Below are positions 10,111 through 20,048 of a DNA stretch of 64,000 bases, in pieces. Source of the DNA: Giardia intestinalis (lineage: Eukaryota); NCBI GenBank assembly GCA_000002435.2, contig CM018792.1; one strand, written 5' to 3'. Each line of letters starts with the position of its first letter. The first letter of the stretch is position 1. Below the pieces are notes generated by a model. That model saw only the letters and a list, made by a program, of their open reading frames with translations, did no database searches and had not been told where the DNA came from. The position numbers and the translations under genes are program-made.

Positions 10111-13100
10111 TCAGCCTTGAAAAGCATCAAGGAGGTTTCTGATCTCATCTGTCTTTGCAAAATCGCGGGCAGTCATCCCGTTAGAACATACCATGCCGTT
10201 TTCCTTTCGTATCAGAATGTGGACGCAGTCCAGGTGGCCCTCGTGGGCTGCAAGCATCAGCGCCGTGAGACCAGCACTTTCTCCGTTTTCATCACCCTTG
10301 GTCGCCATGCCACCTTCATAGTCCACAAGAACAGAGACTATGTCCGTGTGCCCATTGCATGCAGCATCCATGAGGGCAGTAGTCCCAAAGTGAGTCTGAA
10401 TGCGAGCCTCCTTCTGCATTAGTGCCTTCACAATCTCAATGTGGCCCTTCTGCGCAGCATACATGAGAGCCGTCTTACCTTCCTCATCCTGAAGCCCTGC
10501 TTGGTAATTGAGGTACTTCCAGACGTGAGCGGAGTCTCCCGCTTCTGCCGCTTCCATGAGGTCTGTCTTTCTGTTGTTCGCAGTGGATATGCACGTCGTA
10601 TCCAAGTTCTCCCTCATCGAAAGAATCTGTTGAGCAGACATGTGAGGCGGTATAAGGGTCAGCGACAAGAACTTTGTTCTTGACACTGGACGGGTCGTAT
10701 GTTCGGCCTTGTCGGCAGCATAGTCGCGCAAAGCCGTTCCACTGTTGGATGCATTTCCCACAGAGTCTCCTTGGCTGGTGTACAGATACTTTTTCTCGCC
10801 TGATCGAGACATGGCCAGATTGCTTCCGCTGCGCTTGCCATTCTGACTCCTAGCGAGAACACTCGCCTGGGCAGCAGCAGAGGCCTTCAGCTCTGAACGA
10901 GATCGAGTAGCGAACTCCTCGTACAGGCTCTGCGTTTCCCCGCGCAGATTGGTGGGCGGGCCACGCTTATTCTGGGCAGCAGAGCTACTCTTCTTGCCAC
11001 CGGTAGTGCCAAACTTAGTAGCACCTCCAGTGCTTGCAAGTTTGGCTTGGAGTTCCTCTATTTGGGCTTGCTGGTTGCCAACCAGAGTATTAAGTGACTC
11101 GATGTCCATCTGAGCGCGTAGTAGGTCATCTTCACGTGCTGTAAGTGTTTCACGAAGACGCTTCTCCTCTGAATTACTGGTGTTTATAACATTTCGACTA
11201 GATAGCTCGTCAACCACGTTGTTTAGGTCGGCAATCTGAGCATGAGCCTCCTGAAGCTGGGCAGCCAGCCGAGAAACATCGTGCTTAAGGTCCCCGCCGT
11301 CATGTTGCATGTCAGATAATTGGGAAATTAGGTTTTCATTCTCGCTGATGAGGATCCTGTTGGCTTCTTCCAACTCGCTTACCTTACGCTTATCGCTCTG
11401 GTCATCACCTCGCATCTGGAGTTCAAACCCTTCCTTTAATTCAAGCATCTCTTCCTGCAGCTCAAGAAGCTTCTCTTCGACAGCCAGTTTCTCCTTCATA
11501 ACATCAGTCTTCTGAGCGTTCGCCTGCTCTACCTGGGTCTGGTACTCCATGGCCTTGTCGTTTATTTCACTGATCTGTCTCTCAAGACGATCCTTCATGT
11601 CAATGGCTGAAGACGCCTCCCTGGATGCTTTGGCCAAGTCCTCCTGCAATCGCCTAACTTCCTCTCGAAGCTTCTTCTCGATAGACTGCTGCTGACGCTC
11701 AACGCTCCGGGACCTATCTTCCTGGTGAGAATTAACGGACGTGGACTCTGCCTCTATCGAGCTAGCCGTGCGGTACTCTGCAGAGGGCTGCGCATCCTCG
11801 GTGCTGGGTCGCCTTTTGTCATAAATCTGATCTTCAGAGCCAGAATTAGATCCTCGACCGAAATTGGCGAACCTCTGGGCATTTCTGGCCATTATCGCGT
11901 TATCCTCCTTAAGCTTTTGGAGGGCCTCGGTCAAGTTATTAACGCAGACGTCCAAGGTGCGCCTCTCGTCTTCAAGCTTCTTCACCTCGTCCCTCAGCAG
12001 CTCGGCATCTCTAACAGCCTTTTTCATCTCAGTCAACTGTTCTGGAGAAATCTCCTCACCTTCTGAGGTGATTAGGCGCCCAGGTTTCCTGTGATGCAGC
12101 GCGGGCCCATCAGCCTGCTCGATGACAGTCGCTGGAGAGACGCTTCTACGAGGCACCGTGGAGGCTATGTTTTCCATCTGAATCTTCTCATGAACTGCGC
12201 GATCGTAGTCCATGTGGAGGTTTGCTACATACTTCTGCAGTTGGTTAATCAGAGGCGAACTCCTCAGGTCTGTCACGTTTTTCAACTGCTCGAAAAGATC
12301 CCTCACCTCAGCATTCTTCTGGATAGTCTGATATTCTACGGCTGAGAGTACTGAGTTGGCGTTTGGAACGGCAAGCTCGCCTGGCTGTGTCCTTTCGCGC
12401 AAATTAGAACCGGGGCTCAACGATCGTAATTGGCTAGACCCTACAACGCTTCCCGAAAGGCTTGCCTGCATGTTCATAACGGCAGTACTGTTGTTTAGTC
12501 CAGAAGCGCTAACGACCCTGGCAGTGGGAGAGTGGAACGTATTGTTGGAGTACTGGGAATGCTTGGGATAGCTGGGACTGTGCCCAGTCTGAGCTCTCAT
12601 AACCGTCTGAGATTTCTGATTGGACCGTGCACGAATCTCATTGCGATTGAGCGTGGCCTTCATGGGCGTGCTTCCGCTGCGGTGGAGTGGAGCGTGAGAG
12701 GCACGAACGGCGCAAGAATTAGCCACTGTTGCAGAAGTAGCATTTATCACTTCAACCTCTTGTTCCTCTGCTTTCTGTGTCTGCTTTCTGAGAGCCATCT
12801 GAAGATAAGTGTAAATATCGCTCCTACCGTCGCGCTCCGCCAGATTCATTGCAAACTGAAAATCCTCTTGACTATGACGGACAAGATCTACAATCGCCCG
12901 AGTGCACGCAATGTTATTTGAAATGACAGAGTAGTCGAGCGCCGTATAGCCGGAGGGGTCGCGCTCCACAGGAAACTCACGTGCCAGGGCCAAGCAAGCA
13001 TTCATGGCGCCTGCCTCTGCAGCAATCATCAGGGCGTTGCGACCGTCCTTGTAGTAAATGGTCTTTTCCAGCGGTGCCAAGATCTCGCATATCTTTGGAT

Positions 13101-13335
13101 GATCTAGCTGAGCAGCTATGATGAGCGCAGTCTCGTCGTTCTTGTTAACCAATCCTGCCTCCTGGACGGCGAGAATCGTGGCCAACTCGGGATCATCGAT
13201 CCTTGCGGCAACCATCAATCCGGTGTCCTGCGCACTGTTACGGAAACCCTTGTAAATGTCCAGAAGCTCGCGGACCTGCGTGTAGCGCCGTGCCCCTATT
13301 GCAGTGAACCATTCCTTAGAATCAGCTTTGGACAT
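10111..13335 (-). CDS. Large ankyrin-repeat / coiled-coil protein (Protein 21.1 family).
   Basis: The 1074-aa ORF has N-terminal ankyrin repeats, a coiled-coil region of about 450 aa (heptad-rich E/K/L/Q), and C-terminal TALM repeats (KTALMYAAQKGHIEIV, TTALMDAACNGHTDIV, LTALMLAAHEGHLDCV). The start is ATG. Confidence 0.85.
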   Translation of the reverse strand: MSKADSKEWFTAIGARRYTQVRELLDIYKGFRNSAQDTGLMVAARIDDPELATILAVQEAGLVNKNDETALIIAAQLDHPKICEILAPLEKTIYYKDGRNALMIAAEAGAMNACLALAREFPVERDPSGYTALDYSVISNNIACTRAIVDLVRHSQEDFQFAMNLAERDGRSDIYTYLQMALRKQTQKAEEQEVEVINATSATVANSCAVRASHAPLHRSGSTPMKATLNRNEIRARSNQKSQTVMRAQTGHSPSYPKHSQYSNNTFHSPTARVVSASGLNNSTAVMNMQASLSGSVVGSSQLRSLSPGSNLRERTQPGELAVPNANSVLSAVEYQTIQKNAEVRDLFEQLKNVTDLRSSPLINQLQKYVANLHMDYDRAVHEKIQMENIASTVPRRSVSPATVIEQADGPALHHRKPGRLITSEGEEISPEQLTEMKKAVRDAELLRDEVKKLEDERRTLDVCVNNLTEALQKLKEDNAIMARNAQRFANFGRGSNSGSEDQIYDKRRPSTEDAQPSAEYRTASSIEAESTSVNSHQEDRSRSVERQQQSIEKKLREEVRRLQEDLAKASREASSAIDMKDRLERQISEINDKAMEYQTQVEQANAQKTDVMKEKLAVEEKLLELQEEMLELKEGFELQMRGDDQSDKRKVSELEEANRILISENENLISQLSDMQHDGGDLKHDVSRLAAQLQEAHAQIADLNNVVDELSSRNVINTSNSEEKRLRETLTAREDDLLRAQMDIESLNTLVGNQQAQIEELQAKLASTGGATKFGTTGGKKSSSAAQNKRGPPTNLRGETQSLYEEFATRSRSELKASAAAQASVLARSQNGKRSGSNLAMSRSGEKKYLYTSQGDSVGNASNSGTALRDYAADKAEHTTRPVSRTKFLSLTLIPPHMSAQQILSMRENLDTTCISTANNRKTDLMEAAEAGDSAHVWKYLNYQAGLQDEEGKTALMYAAQKGHIEIVKALMQKEARIQTHFGTTALMDAACNGHTDIVSVLVDYEGGMATKGDENGESAGLTALMLAAHEGHLDCVHILIRKENGMVCSNGMTARDFAKTDEIRNLLDAFQG

Positions 13336-13476
13336 GTCTTTTTTGATCTCGTTTTTTTTCCCCTTTGGGCGGAATTAATCTTGTGCGCCTTAAGTGACCA
13401 AAGGCCAGGAGTCCCCTGAAGCAAAGCGTCCGTGAGACCCCAGCTATCTAGATGAGCAGAGAAAAGACACCTTTAC

Positions 13477-15891
13477 TCAGTGAAAAAGGCTGAGCAGCTC
13501 CCTTGCCTCCGACGTCTTTGCAAAGGAGAGTGCGTTCTGCCCTCTAAAGTTGGTTATCTGGCCTTCCCGCGGAGCAAGAAGACGGAGAGACTCCAGGTTG
13601 TTCTTCTTGGCGGCTATCATACACGCACAGTACCCTTCACCCTCCTTATGACTGCAGTTACACACCATTCCAGCCTCCTTTTCTAACAGACCGACGACTA
13701 TGTTGTCTGCGTTTATCGTCGCAGCCGACATGAGGGCTGTCCATCCGTCATTCATGGCTAATCCCCCGTCACATGACATGAGCATAGCCGCCACGTTTAG
13801 ATGCCCATTCCCCAGGGCGTGCATAAGAGCAGTGCCCCCATTTTTGAGCTGCATTCCTCCCTCAAATGGAAGAAGAAGATTTGCAATCTCCTCGTGTCCT
13901 CGCTCAGCGGCATACATCAGGGCTGTTTTGCCCTCTGGGTCCTGGACGCGAGCAAACGAGATGACCAGCATCTTCGCTGCAGCGATATCATTCTCTATCG
14001 CCGCTCTCATAAGGCTAGTGAATCTTCCAGGTGTACTCCTGTCCTGAGGATGGTTCTGCTTATGGGATGCAATGAGATCCTCCACAGATATGGTCTCCTC
14101 CACTACCGGTAAAGTGCACTGCGTGCGCGCTACCGGGTCCTGTAGAGTGCTGTTCCGAAACCTGAGGGAGCTCACTAGGTCAGGGGCATTCCCCATAAGA
14201 GGCTGGCCGCCGATGAACGAGCTTGTAAGCCTCCTTCCTTCATCGTCAGGAATGGTAGTTGCTAGGGGAGGAACGATGGCAGACGCTGTAACGTTGGTCT
14301 TAGTTGCACGTTGAATTTCCTCCACCGTAGGAAGAGCGTCGTCTTCAAGAACCGCTACTGCTTTGCGAACAGCTTTGTTTTTAGACTGCGATTGTGCCCG
14401 ATGTGCATAAGGCCCAACAGGGTCTGTGCTTGATCGTATAATCTCGTTCGCCCGGTCTATGGCGACCTTATACTGGCTAGTGCGAGGATCATACTCGCTG
14501 GCAAGAATAGCGGTAGTAGAGGTTAAACCCTTATCGACAATACGCTGGGACGCCGTCAGCTTTTCAAGCCCCTTGTTTATTGCGTCACGTGGGCTATCTT
14601 TATACTTTTTGTTCATGTCAATGGTCCCCGAATTATTTGGATAGTCTTTGTATTCATAGTTGTCTGGAAGCAGTTTGGGAATTTCTGGTGTCTTCTTGAC
14701 TGATTCGTCTGCGAAGGCCGTGGCTGTGAACGATCCGGTGAGCTTCTCAAGGGGCTCCAAGGGAGTACGTGCTATCTGTGGAGGTTCTCGCCTGGGCATT
14801 GGCACCCCCATGTCCTCGTTCAGCTTCGTTTGACGAGACACATGACCCAGCGCATCTATGATGTCATCGATCGTGTCCCCAGCGTCGATGTCCTGGGAAG
14901 GCGGTGGTGAACGGAAGGAGTTGATCCCTAGGGGCGATGTAGGAAGCACGGCAGCAGTGACAGCAGCGTTAGGAGCAGAATCTGTGTCTGCAACGGAGAA
15001 GTTTGGCACCCGACTCAAGTGTGGACTCACAGGAGGACTTACGGAGCGAGAACGTGTAGTCGGAGAAAGACGCTCAGCCATATGCTCCCTAAGAAGTTCA
15101 TCTTTTGCTGCAAGAAGCTCATCAATACGCGCACAGTCCTCCGAGCGTGGATTGACAGGCACGCATCTGAAGCTCCCAGTGATCTGGCGCATCTCTTGGA
15201 CATGGTCGTCTGTGTGAAGAGACCCCTCGTCTGGAAAGTTAATTGATGTGTGGTCTGATTGAGGTTGAGAGCGAGCAGACGGGGTGTATCGCTGACTGAG
15301 ATGAACCCCCACCATAGAGCTAGTGCTCGAGTCCCCATACTCACGAAGCTTTTCATCAATGATCCCTATCATTTTTGAAGACAGACCGTGCTGCTCAGCA
15401 TAGGCTTTGGCGTTTGCTATGTCCTTGGGCGTCACCTTGCGATTGTTCAGTGCGTGCCTAAGGCACTCTTCGGACTCGCCAATAATGGCATGCTCAAGCA
15501 CAGAGAGGCCATCAAAATCCCGCTCCATACCGAAGAATATAGACAACGCATCCATTGCGCGGGCCTTTCCCAAACGTGCAGCAAGGTGATATGGATTCAT
15601 CCCATTTTCGATGAGGATTCCGCGCTCGTGAGGGCCAAGAGCCGTGCAGGTGTCGTAGTTATTTTGCTCAACTGCAATATGTATTGCCGCCTTTCCTGAG
15701 TTATCGGACTGCCTAACCTCATACGGGCAAAGCCTGGAAACAATGCGCGCGTGATTATTATAGGTGGCGATCATCAAAGCTGTTTCGCCCTTCTCGTTCT
15801 TAGATCCCGCAAAGGTGCCCATGCTCGTCAGTATGTATTGTTCGTCCCCAGTTCTGGCAGCGGCGAACCACTGCGCAAGCTCAGTACTCAT
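13477..15891 (-). CDS. Ankyrin-repeat protein (Protein 21.1 family). Start refined to the ATG at 15891.
   Basis: There is an N-terminal ankyrin repeat (ETALMIATYNNHARIV), a Ser/Pro-rich middle, and three C-terminal TALM repeats. The track start at 15909 is GTG. The stop TGA overlaps AGTAAAG. Confidence 0.85.
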   Translation of the reverse strand: MSTELAQWFAAARTGDEQYILTSMGTFAGSKNEKGETALMIATYNNHARIVSRLCPYEVRQSDNSGKAAIHIAVEQNNYDTCTALGPHERGILIENGMNPYHLAARLGKARAMDALSIFFGMERDFDGLSVLEHAIIGESEECLRHALNNRKVTPKDIANAKAYAEQHGLSSKMIGIIDEKLREYGDSSTSSMVGVHLSQRYTPSARSQPQSDHTSINFPDEGSLHTDDHVQEMRQITGSFRCVPVNPRSEDCARIDELLAAKDELLREHMAERLSPTTRSRSVSPPVSPHLSRVPNFSVADTDSAPNAAVTAAVLPTSPLGINSFRSPPPSQDIDAGDTIDDIIDALGHVSRQTKLNEDMGVPMPRREPPQIARTPLEPLEKLTGSFTATAFADESVKKTPEIPKLLPDNYEYKDYPNNSGTIDMNKKYKDSPRDAINKGLEKLTASQRIVDKGLTSTTAILASEYDPRTSQYKVAIDRANEIIRSSTDPVGPYAHRAQSQSKNKAVRKAVAVLEDDALPTVEEIQRATKTNVTASAIVPPLATTIPDDEGRRLTSSFIGGQPLMGNAPDLVSSLRFRNSTLQDPVARTQCTLPVVEETISVEDLIASHKQNHPQDRSTPGRFTSLMRAAIENDIAAAKMLVISFARVQDPEGKTALMYAAERGHEEIANLLLPFEGGMQLKNGGTALMHALGNGHLNVAAMLMSCDGGLAMNDGWTALMSAATINADNIVVGLLEKEAGMVCNCSHKEGEGYCACMIAAKKNNLESLRLLAPREGQITNFRGQNALSFAKTSEARELLSLFH

Positions 15892-15925
15892 TTTTAAAAT
15901 CCTTAACACCTTTAACTAAAGTGGT
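15892..15925. promoter_or_regulatory. 34-bp AT-rich bidirectional promoter between divergent genes.
   Basis: The sequence ttttaaaatccttaacacctttaactaaagtggt lies between ATGs on opposite strands. Confidence 0.5.
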
Positions 15926-16861
15926 ATGGACGATACCACACCAGACGTCCTTTTAGACAAGGCTGCAGAATACATTGAGAAACTCACTGATCAAGTGTCA
16001 CAACAGAAAGGCGAGATAGAACGTCTAGAGCTGGTTGTAAGGGAGCAGAGCATTCTGATGGACAGCATGGCTACACAGCTAAAGGATAATGAGATTGCAG
16101 AATCCATGGATGAAGGCACCTTCTCTAACCAGCAACAAAAGATTTCCGATTTGGAAACGGCAATAGAGGTGATGACGCTGGATTTGGAGTCTCGCTCAAA
16201 CAGTATTGTTGCTTTGTTCTCCCAGGTAAGTCATTTAAATGCCTTCATAACCAAGCTCCTCAACGCGTGTCTTACTGACCTGAACTCCGTGCAAATCATC
16301 GAGGACCTCCGACAGTTGTCTGTCAAGGCCAACCAACTCGAGGTGTCTATCTTAGAGATGGGACTGCCCTTATCTGAGTGTACAGGACCAGCGAGCCAGG
16401 ACCCTGCTGTCAGTGAGTCGGCTATCCATATTCCTCTCAAGTCGGAGTGTACGCAATCTCGCCCAAGCTCAGAGAAGGGTAGGCCAGAGGATGACGAGCT
16501 AGAGTATTACAAGAGGCGCTGTGCTGCGTTAGAGCACCAGGTGGAAACCCTGAGAGAGGCTTTACTCAGTCAGGAGGAGCTGTCTCGTCGCATTGTAACA
16601 ACAGCTCCTTCAAATCAACGATCAGCATCTGTATCAATAAAAGGAGACGCCCTATCGCCTTCATTTCGTCAACTAGCGCTTCTTGAGATGCTGCAGCTTG
16701 TCAACAAAGAACTTAGTAAAAGTCCCAAGGTCCACCTCAATACTGCATTCGATCCCGAACTGTCTACATCCCTGAAATCAGTGGCACTGGGAACCCCTGC
16801 AACAGCTCAGCAGCTTCATCACTTTCCCGAGACGTTTATGTGCCTCATGAGTGGAGTGTGA
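15926..16861 (+). CDS. Coiled-coil hypothetical protein.
   Basis: The 311-aa ORF has an ATG start and heptad-like E/L/Q-rich segments. No catalytic motif is recognised. Confidence 0.6.
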   Translation: MDDTTPDVLLDKAAEYIEKLTDQVSQQKGEIERLELVVREQSILMDSMATQLKDNEIAESMDEGTFSNQQQKISDLETAIEVMTLDLESRSNSIVALFSQVSHLNAFITKLLNACLTDLNSVQIIEDLRQLSVKANQLEVSILEMGLPLSECTGPASQDPAVSESAIHIPLKSECTQSRPSSEKGRPEDDELEYYKRRCAALEHQVETLREALLSQEELSRRIVTTAPSNQRSASVSIKGDALSPSFRQLALLEMLQLVNKELSKSPKVHLNTAFDPELSTSLKSVALGTPATAQQLHHFPETFMCLMSGV

Positions 16862-16889
16862 TTTATCGCATGATTACAAAACCAAAATC

Positions 16890-17177
16890 ATGTTGGCCGG
16901 TGGTTGGACTGAGCTAGCTCCAGCCGACGTCAACAGCAAGGTGCGCGAGGCGGCGGCTGCCAAGATCGCGGAGAGTGTGTCTGGTGCAACAATAGCTGAG
17001 GTTATCAAGGCCTCGTCACAGGTTGTCCGAGGCGTCAACACCATGCTTCTTACACGCCTCAGCACCGGAGCGCACTACATCGTAGTCGTGTGGTTTGATC
17101 TAAAGAATTATATTGTGACGACCCTGAAGGAATACACCGGCAACTTGGCTAATTTTACTTGGCCTATGCGGGAGTGA
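16890..17177 (+). CDS. Stefin-type (type 1) cystatin, a cysteine-protease inhibitor. Start refined to the ATG at 16890.
   Basis: The 95-aa product aligns along its whole length with stefins: an N-terminal Gly (MLAGGW), a PAD/PAT motif, the QVVRG hairpin (compare QVVAG), and a following GVNTMLLTRLSTGAHYIVVVWF beta-strand block. The track start at 16851 is GTG. Confidence 0.7.
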   Translation: MLAGGWTELAPADVNSKVREAAAAKIAESVSGATIAEVIKASSQVVRGVNTMLLTRLSTGAHYIVVVWFDLKNYIVTTLKEYTGNLANFTWPMRE

Positions 17178-17487
17178 CAGTAAATGCCTTGTAAATTGTG
17201 TTATCAGGCCGTTGCGGCTTCTTCTTGAGTCAGTCTGCAGTGGGGTGACTTCTGATTAGTGTGTGGATGACTCCCTGCTTTAAACCTCTGGGCTCCATCA
17301 AACAACTCCAGCCAACACATTTCTGTGGGTATGGCAGAAATTGCTGCCTCTCATTTTGGGCCCAAAAACAGAGCACCAGCCAGGAACTGATAAACGACGC
17401 TACTAACGGGTCTCATTGGAGGGTTGTTCAAAGCACTAGCTTATCTGTAGATCGTAACGTAAAGATTTCCAAGATGCCTTGATAAAA

Positions 17488-19737
17488 ATGAACAATAATC
17501 GGGGAGCATCCAGCGAGGAGACCGCACCTTCAGACGATGGCAACGAAAAGCTTTTGCAGGCCGTTATCAGTCAAGATATAAACGAACTCAAGTCACTCAT
17601 TGCAGCAGGAACCTGTTTGTGTAAGCAGGACAGGACCGGCATGACAGCTCTTATGCATGCAGCGGCTCAGGGCAGTATTCTAATGACAGGCATGTTGGTG
17701 GAGTACGAGAAGGGACTGAAAGATAGTAACGGAAAGATGGCTCTGCACCATGCCCTGAGAGGCGGCCATGTCGACGTTGCAGGGCTCCTTCTTTCATATG
17801 AAGACCCTCGGGATCGAAATGGCGTTACTGCACTGATGCGGGCCTCGGCCATTGGTGACATGGAGGTGGTTGTGCATCTTGTGAAGCTTCAGGGAGCCGT
17901 ACAGACCATCAATAGCGGATCTTATAAGCTTGAATCAGGCACTTACTCATTCAACGAAGGGGCAACGGCACTTATGTTTGCCGCGTGGTATGGGCAAAGC
18001 GAGGCAGCAAAGGTGTTACTAGGTCGTGAGAGCAGGATACGGGATAATGGCCGGTTGACTGCTCTTATGTATGCAGCAGAACGCGGTTACATCGAGGTAG
18101 TGAAAGAGCTGAGACCTAGGGAGTCCAGAATGCAGAACTGGCTCGGTAGAACTGCGCTTATGTTTGCTGCCCAAAATGGACATATGGATGTGGTCAGGTT
18201 ACTATTAGAAGACGAGAAGCAGATGGTGGATGGAAATGGCTGGACTGCTCTTATGTACGCGGCTTCTAATGGCCATGTTGAAATAGCTTGCTTACTGCTA
18301 GATCACGAGAAGTGTGTCCAAGATAATGATGGCTGGTCGGCGCTCATGTTCGCTGCATATTATGGATACACAGATATGGTAGGGCTGTTATTAAGTGAGG
18401 AAAAGGGACTTAGAGATAGCAAGGGTCGAACCGCCCTTATGCACGCCGCAGAAAAGGGAAATGTTGATGCAGTTAAGCTACTTGTGGGATATGAAGCGCG
18501 TGCACAAACATATGCGGAATATACTGCTCTTATGCTTGCTGCATACGCCAACCATGCAGAGGTTGCAACGGTGCTCCTGCCTTATGAAGGAGGAATGCAG
18601 ACCACAATTGGCTGGACTGCTCTTATGGAGGCTGCACTGTATGGCCACACTGAAGTAATTTCCGTGCTCATGCAATGTGAAGGTGGGTTGCACAGGAATG
18701 ATGGATGCACCGCCCTCATATACACTGCATACGAGGGGCAAGAGGAGATGGTGAAGCTTCTTTTCGATCTCGAAAGGGAGTCCTCCGGATGGACTAAACT
18801 GATGTATGCGGCAAGCTTGGGACTCACAGCCACTGCTGGTGCCCACTTAAGCGATGCTGGACAGCAGGACAATATTGGGCTTACTGCGCTTATGTATGCA
18901 GTCAGGAACTGCCGGACAGAAATGGTTAAGTTATTAGCAACACACGAGTGTGGATTTCAAGATAGTGGTGGTTGGACAGCGTTGATGCATGCAACACTTT
19001 GTGGGTATCGAGATCTTATCAGGCCCTTGCTTTGTGAAGCCGGTTCTCAGTCGTTGGTAGCCCATCGAAACTATCCTCCTGGGACCACCGCCTTAATGAT
19101 AGCAGCCTACCAGAATGATGCATATACTGTGGATTTGCTTGCTTCACTAGAAGCAGGATTTCTCAATTCGGACGATGACTGTGCACTGATTCTTGCACTA
19201 CAGAATGCCAGCGCAGAGTGCATCCCCTTGTTACTCTGTGAATTGTCTGTCCTTGATAGCCACGGCAAAGCATGCTACTTTAGGATTCACACACTCGATA
19301 TAGATGAATCCCCCAAGCTTACCTTGCTTTATGAACGCCTCCGGGACACGCTCAAGACAATGTTCTTTTCAGGACTTCAGAAGGAGCGGCTGGCTTGCTT
19401 GTTAACTGCACTAACTCGCTCTGTCAGCTCCCTGATTACCTCAGGCCATTTCCTCTTAGAACTTATGTGGGCAGCCCTACTCTGCGAATACGACAATGTC
19501 ATTACCGACCTTGATGAACAGTTTGTTCTGATCGAAGATGCGTATATAGAAGATACGTGTGCGATCTGCCTGACTCGTCCTCCTGATTGTGTTCTCTTGC
19601 CGTGTCGACACTTGATTGTTTGCTTGGCATGTGTTGATCGTATTTACGCAAACAAGTCATGCTGCAAGTGTCCCTATTGCCGCACACCCATTGAAACTAT
19701 ACTTGACCTTGCGGAGTGTAATTTTACTCTGTTATAA
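17488..19737 (+). CDS. Ankyrin-repeat protein with a C-terminal Mind-bomb-type RING finger. Start refined to the ATG at 17488.
   Basis: About 15 TALM ankyrin repeats precede CAICLTRPPDCVLLPCRHLIVCLACVDRI...CCKCPYCRTPI. The track start at 17479 is TTG. Confidence 0.85.
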   Translation: MNNNRGASSEETAPSDDGNEKLLQAVISQDINELKSLIAAGTCLCKQDRTGMTALMHAAAQGSILMTGMLVEYEKGLKDSNGKMALHHALRGGHVDVAGLLLSYEDPRDRNGVTALMRASAIGDMEVVVHLVKLQGAVQTINSGSYKLESGTYSFNEGATALMFAAWYGQSEAAKVLLGRESRIRDNGRLTALMYAAERGYIEVVKELRPRESRMQNWLGRTALMFAAQNGHMDVVRLLLEDEKQMVDGNGWTALMYAASNGHVEIACLLLDHEKCVQDNDGWSALMFAAYYGYTDMVGLLLSEEKGLRDSKGRTALMHAAEKGNVDAVKLLVGYEARAQTYAEYTALMLAAYANHAEVATVLLPYEGGMQTTIGWTALMEAALYGHTEVISVLMQCEGGLHRNDGCTALIYTAYEGQEEMVKLLFDLERESSGWTKLMYAASLGLTATAGAHLSDAGQQDNIGLTALMYAVRNCRTEMVKLLATHECGFQDSGGWTALMHATLCGYRDLIRPLLCEAGSQSLVAHRNYPPGTTALMIAAYQNDAYTVDLLASLEAGFLNSDDDCALILALQNASAECIPLLLCELSVLDSHGKACYFRIHTLDIDESPKLTLLYERLRDTLKTMFFSGLQKERLACLLTALTRSVSSLITSGHFLLELMWAALLCEYDNVITDLDEQFVLIEDAYIEDTCAICLTRPPDCVLLPCRHLIVCLACVDRIYANKSCCKCPYCRTPIETILDLAECNFTLL

Positions 19738-20048
19738 AACTACTGAATGTCTTACGTGATGATAATCACGTTTCAATTGTAGGAGTCGTAGGGTTCCTTG
19801 CTGGATCTCCGCTACGAGTAATTAGAAAAAGCCCCATCGCAGAGCTCTGTATTGACATAAGTCTTGCATTATGTTTTTATCTATTATACAACTTTTAGCA
19901 TTCTATTAAGGGTAGCTGATGTAGTACACTAGCACTTCTAAAAATCAATTTAGTTCTCAGCCACTAAGTGAGTATATGCTTTGACAATTTAGCTTGACAT
20001 AATACTAGAAAATACTTCACAGATAGAGTGGCGATTCTATCCCCTGCC

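Noticed and set aside
17178-17487. A box C/D snoRNA-like pattern (ggatga ... ctgattag) in the spacer before the ankyrin-RING gene.
   Set aside because: The box C match is imperfect (GGATGA, not TGATGA). There is no clear terminal stem or box D' / guide region. It is too weak to call.
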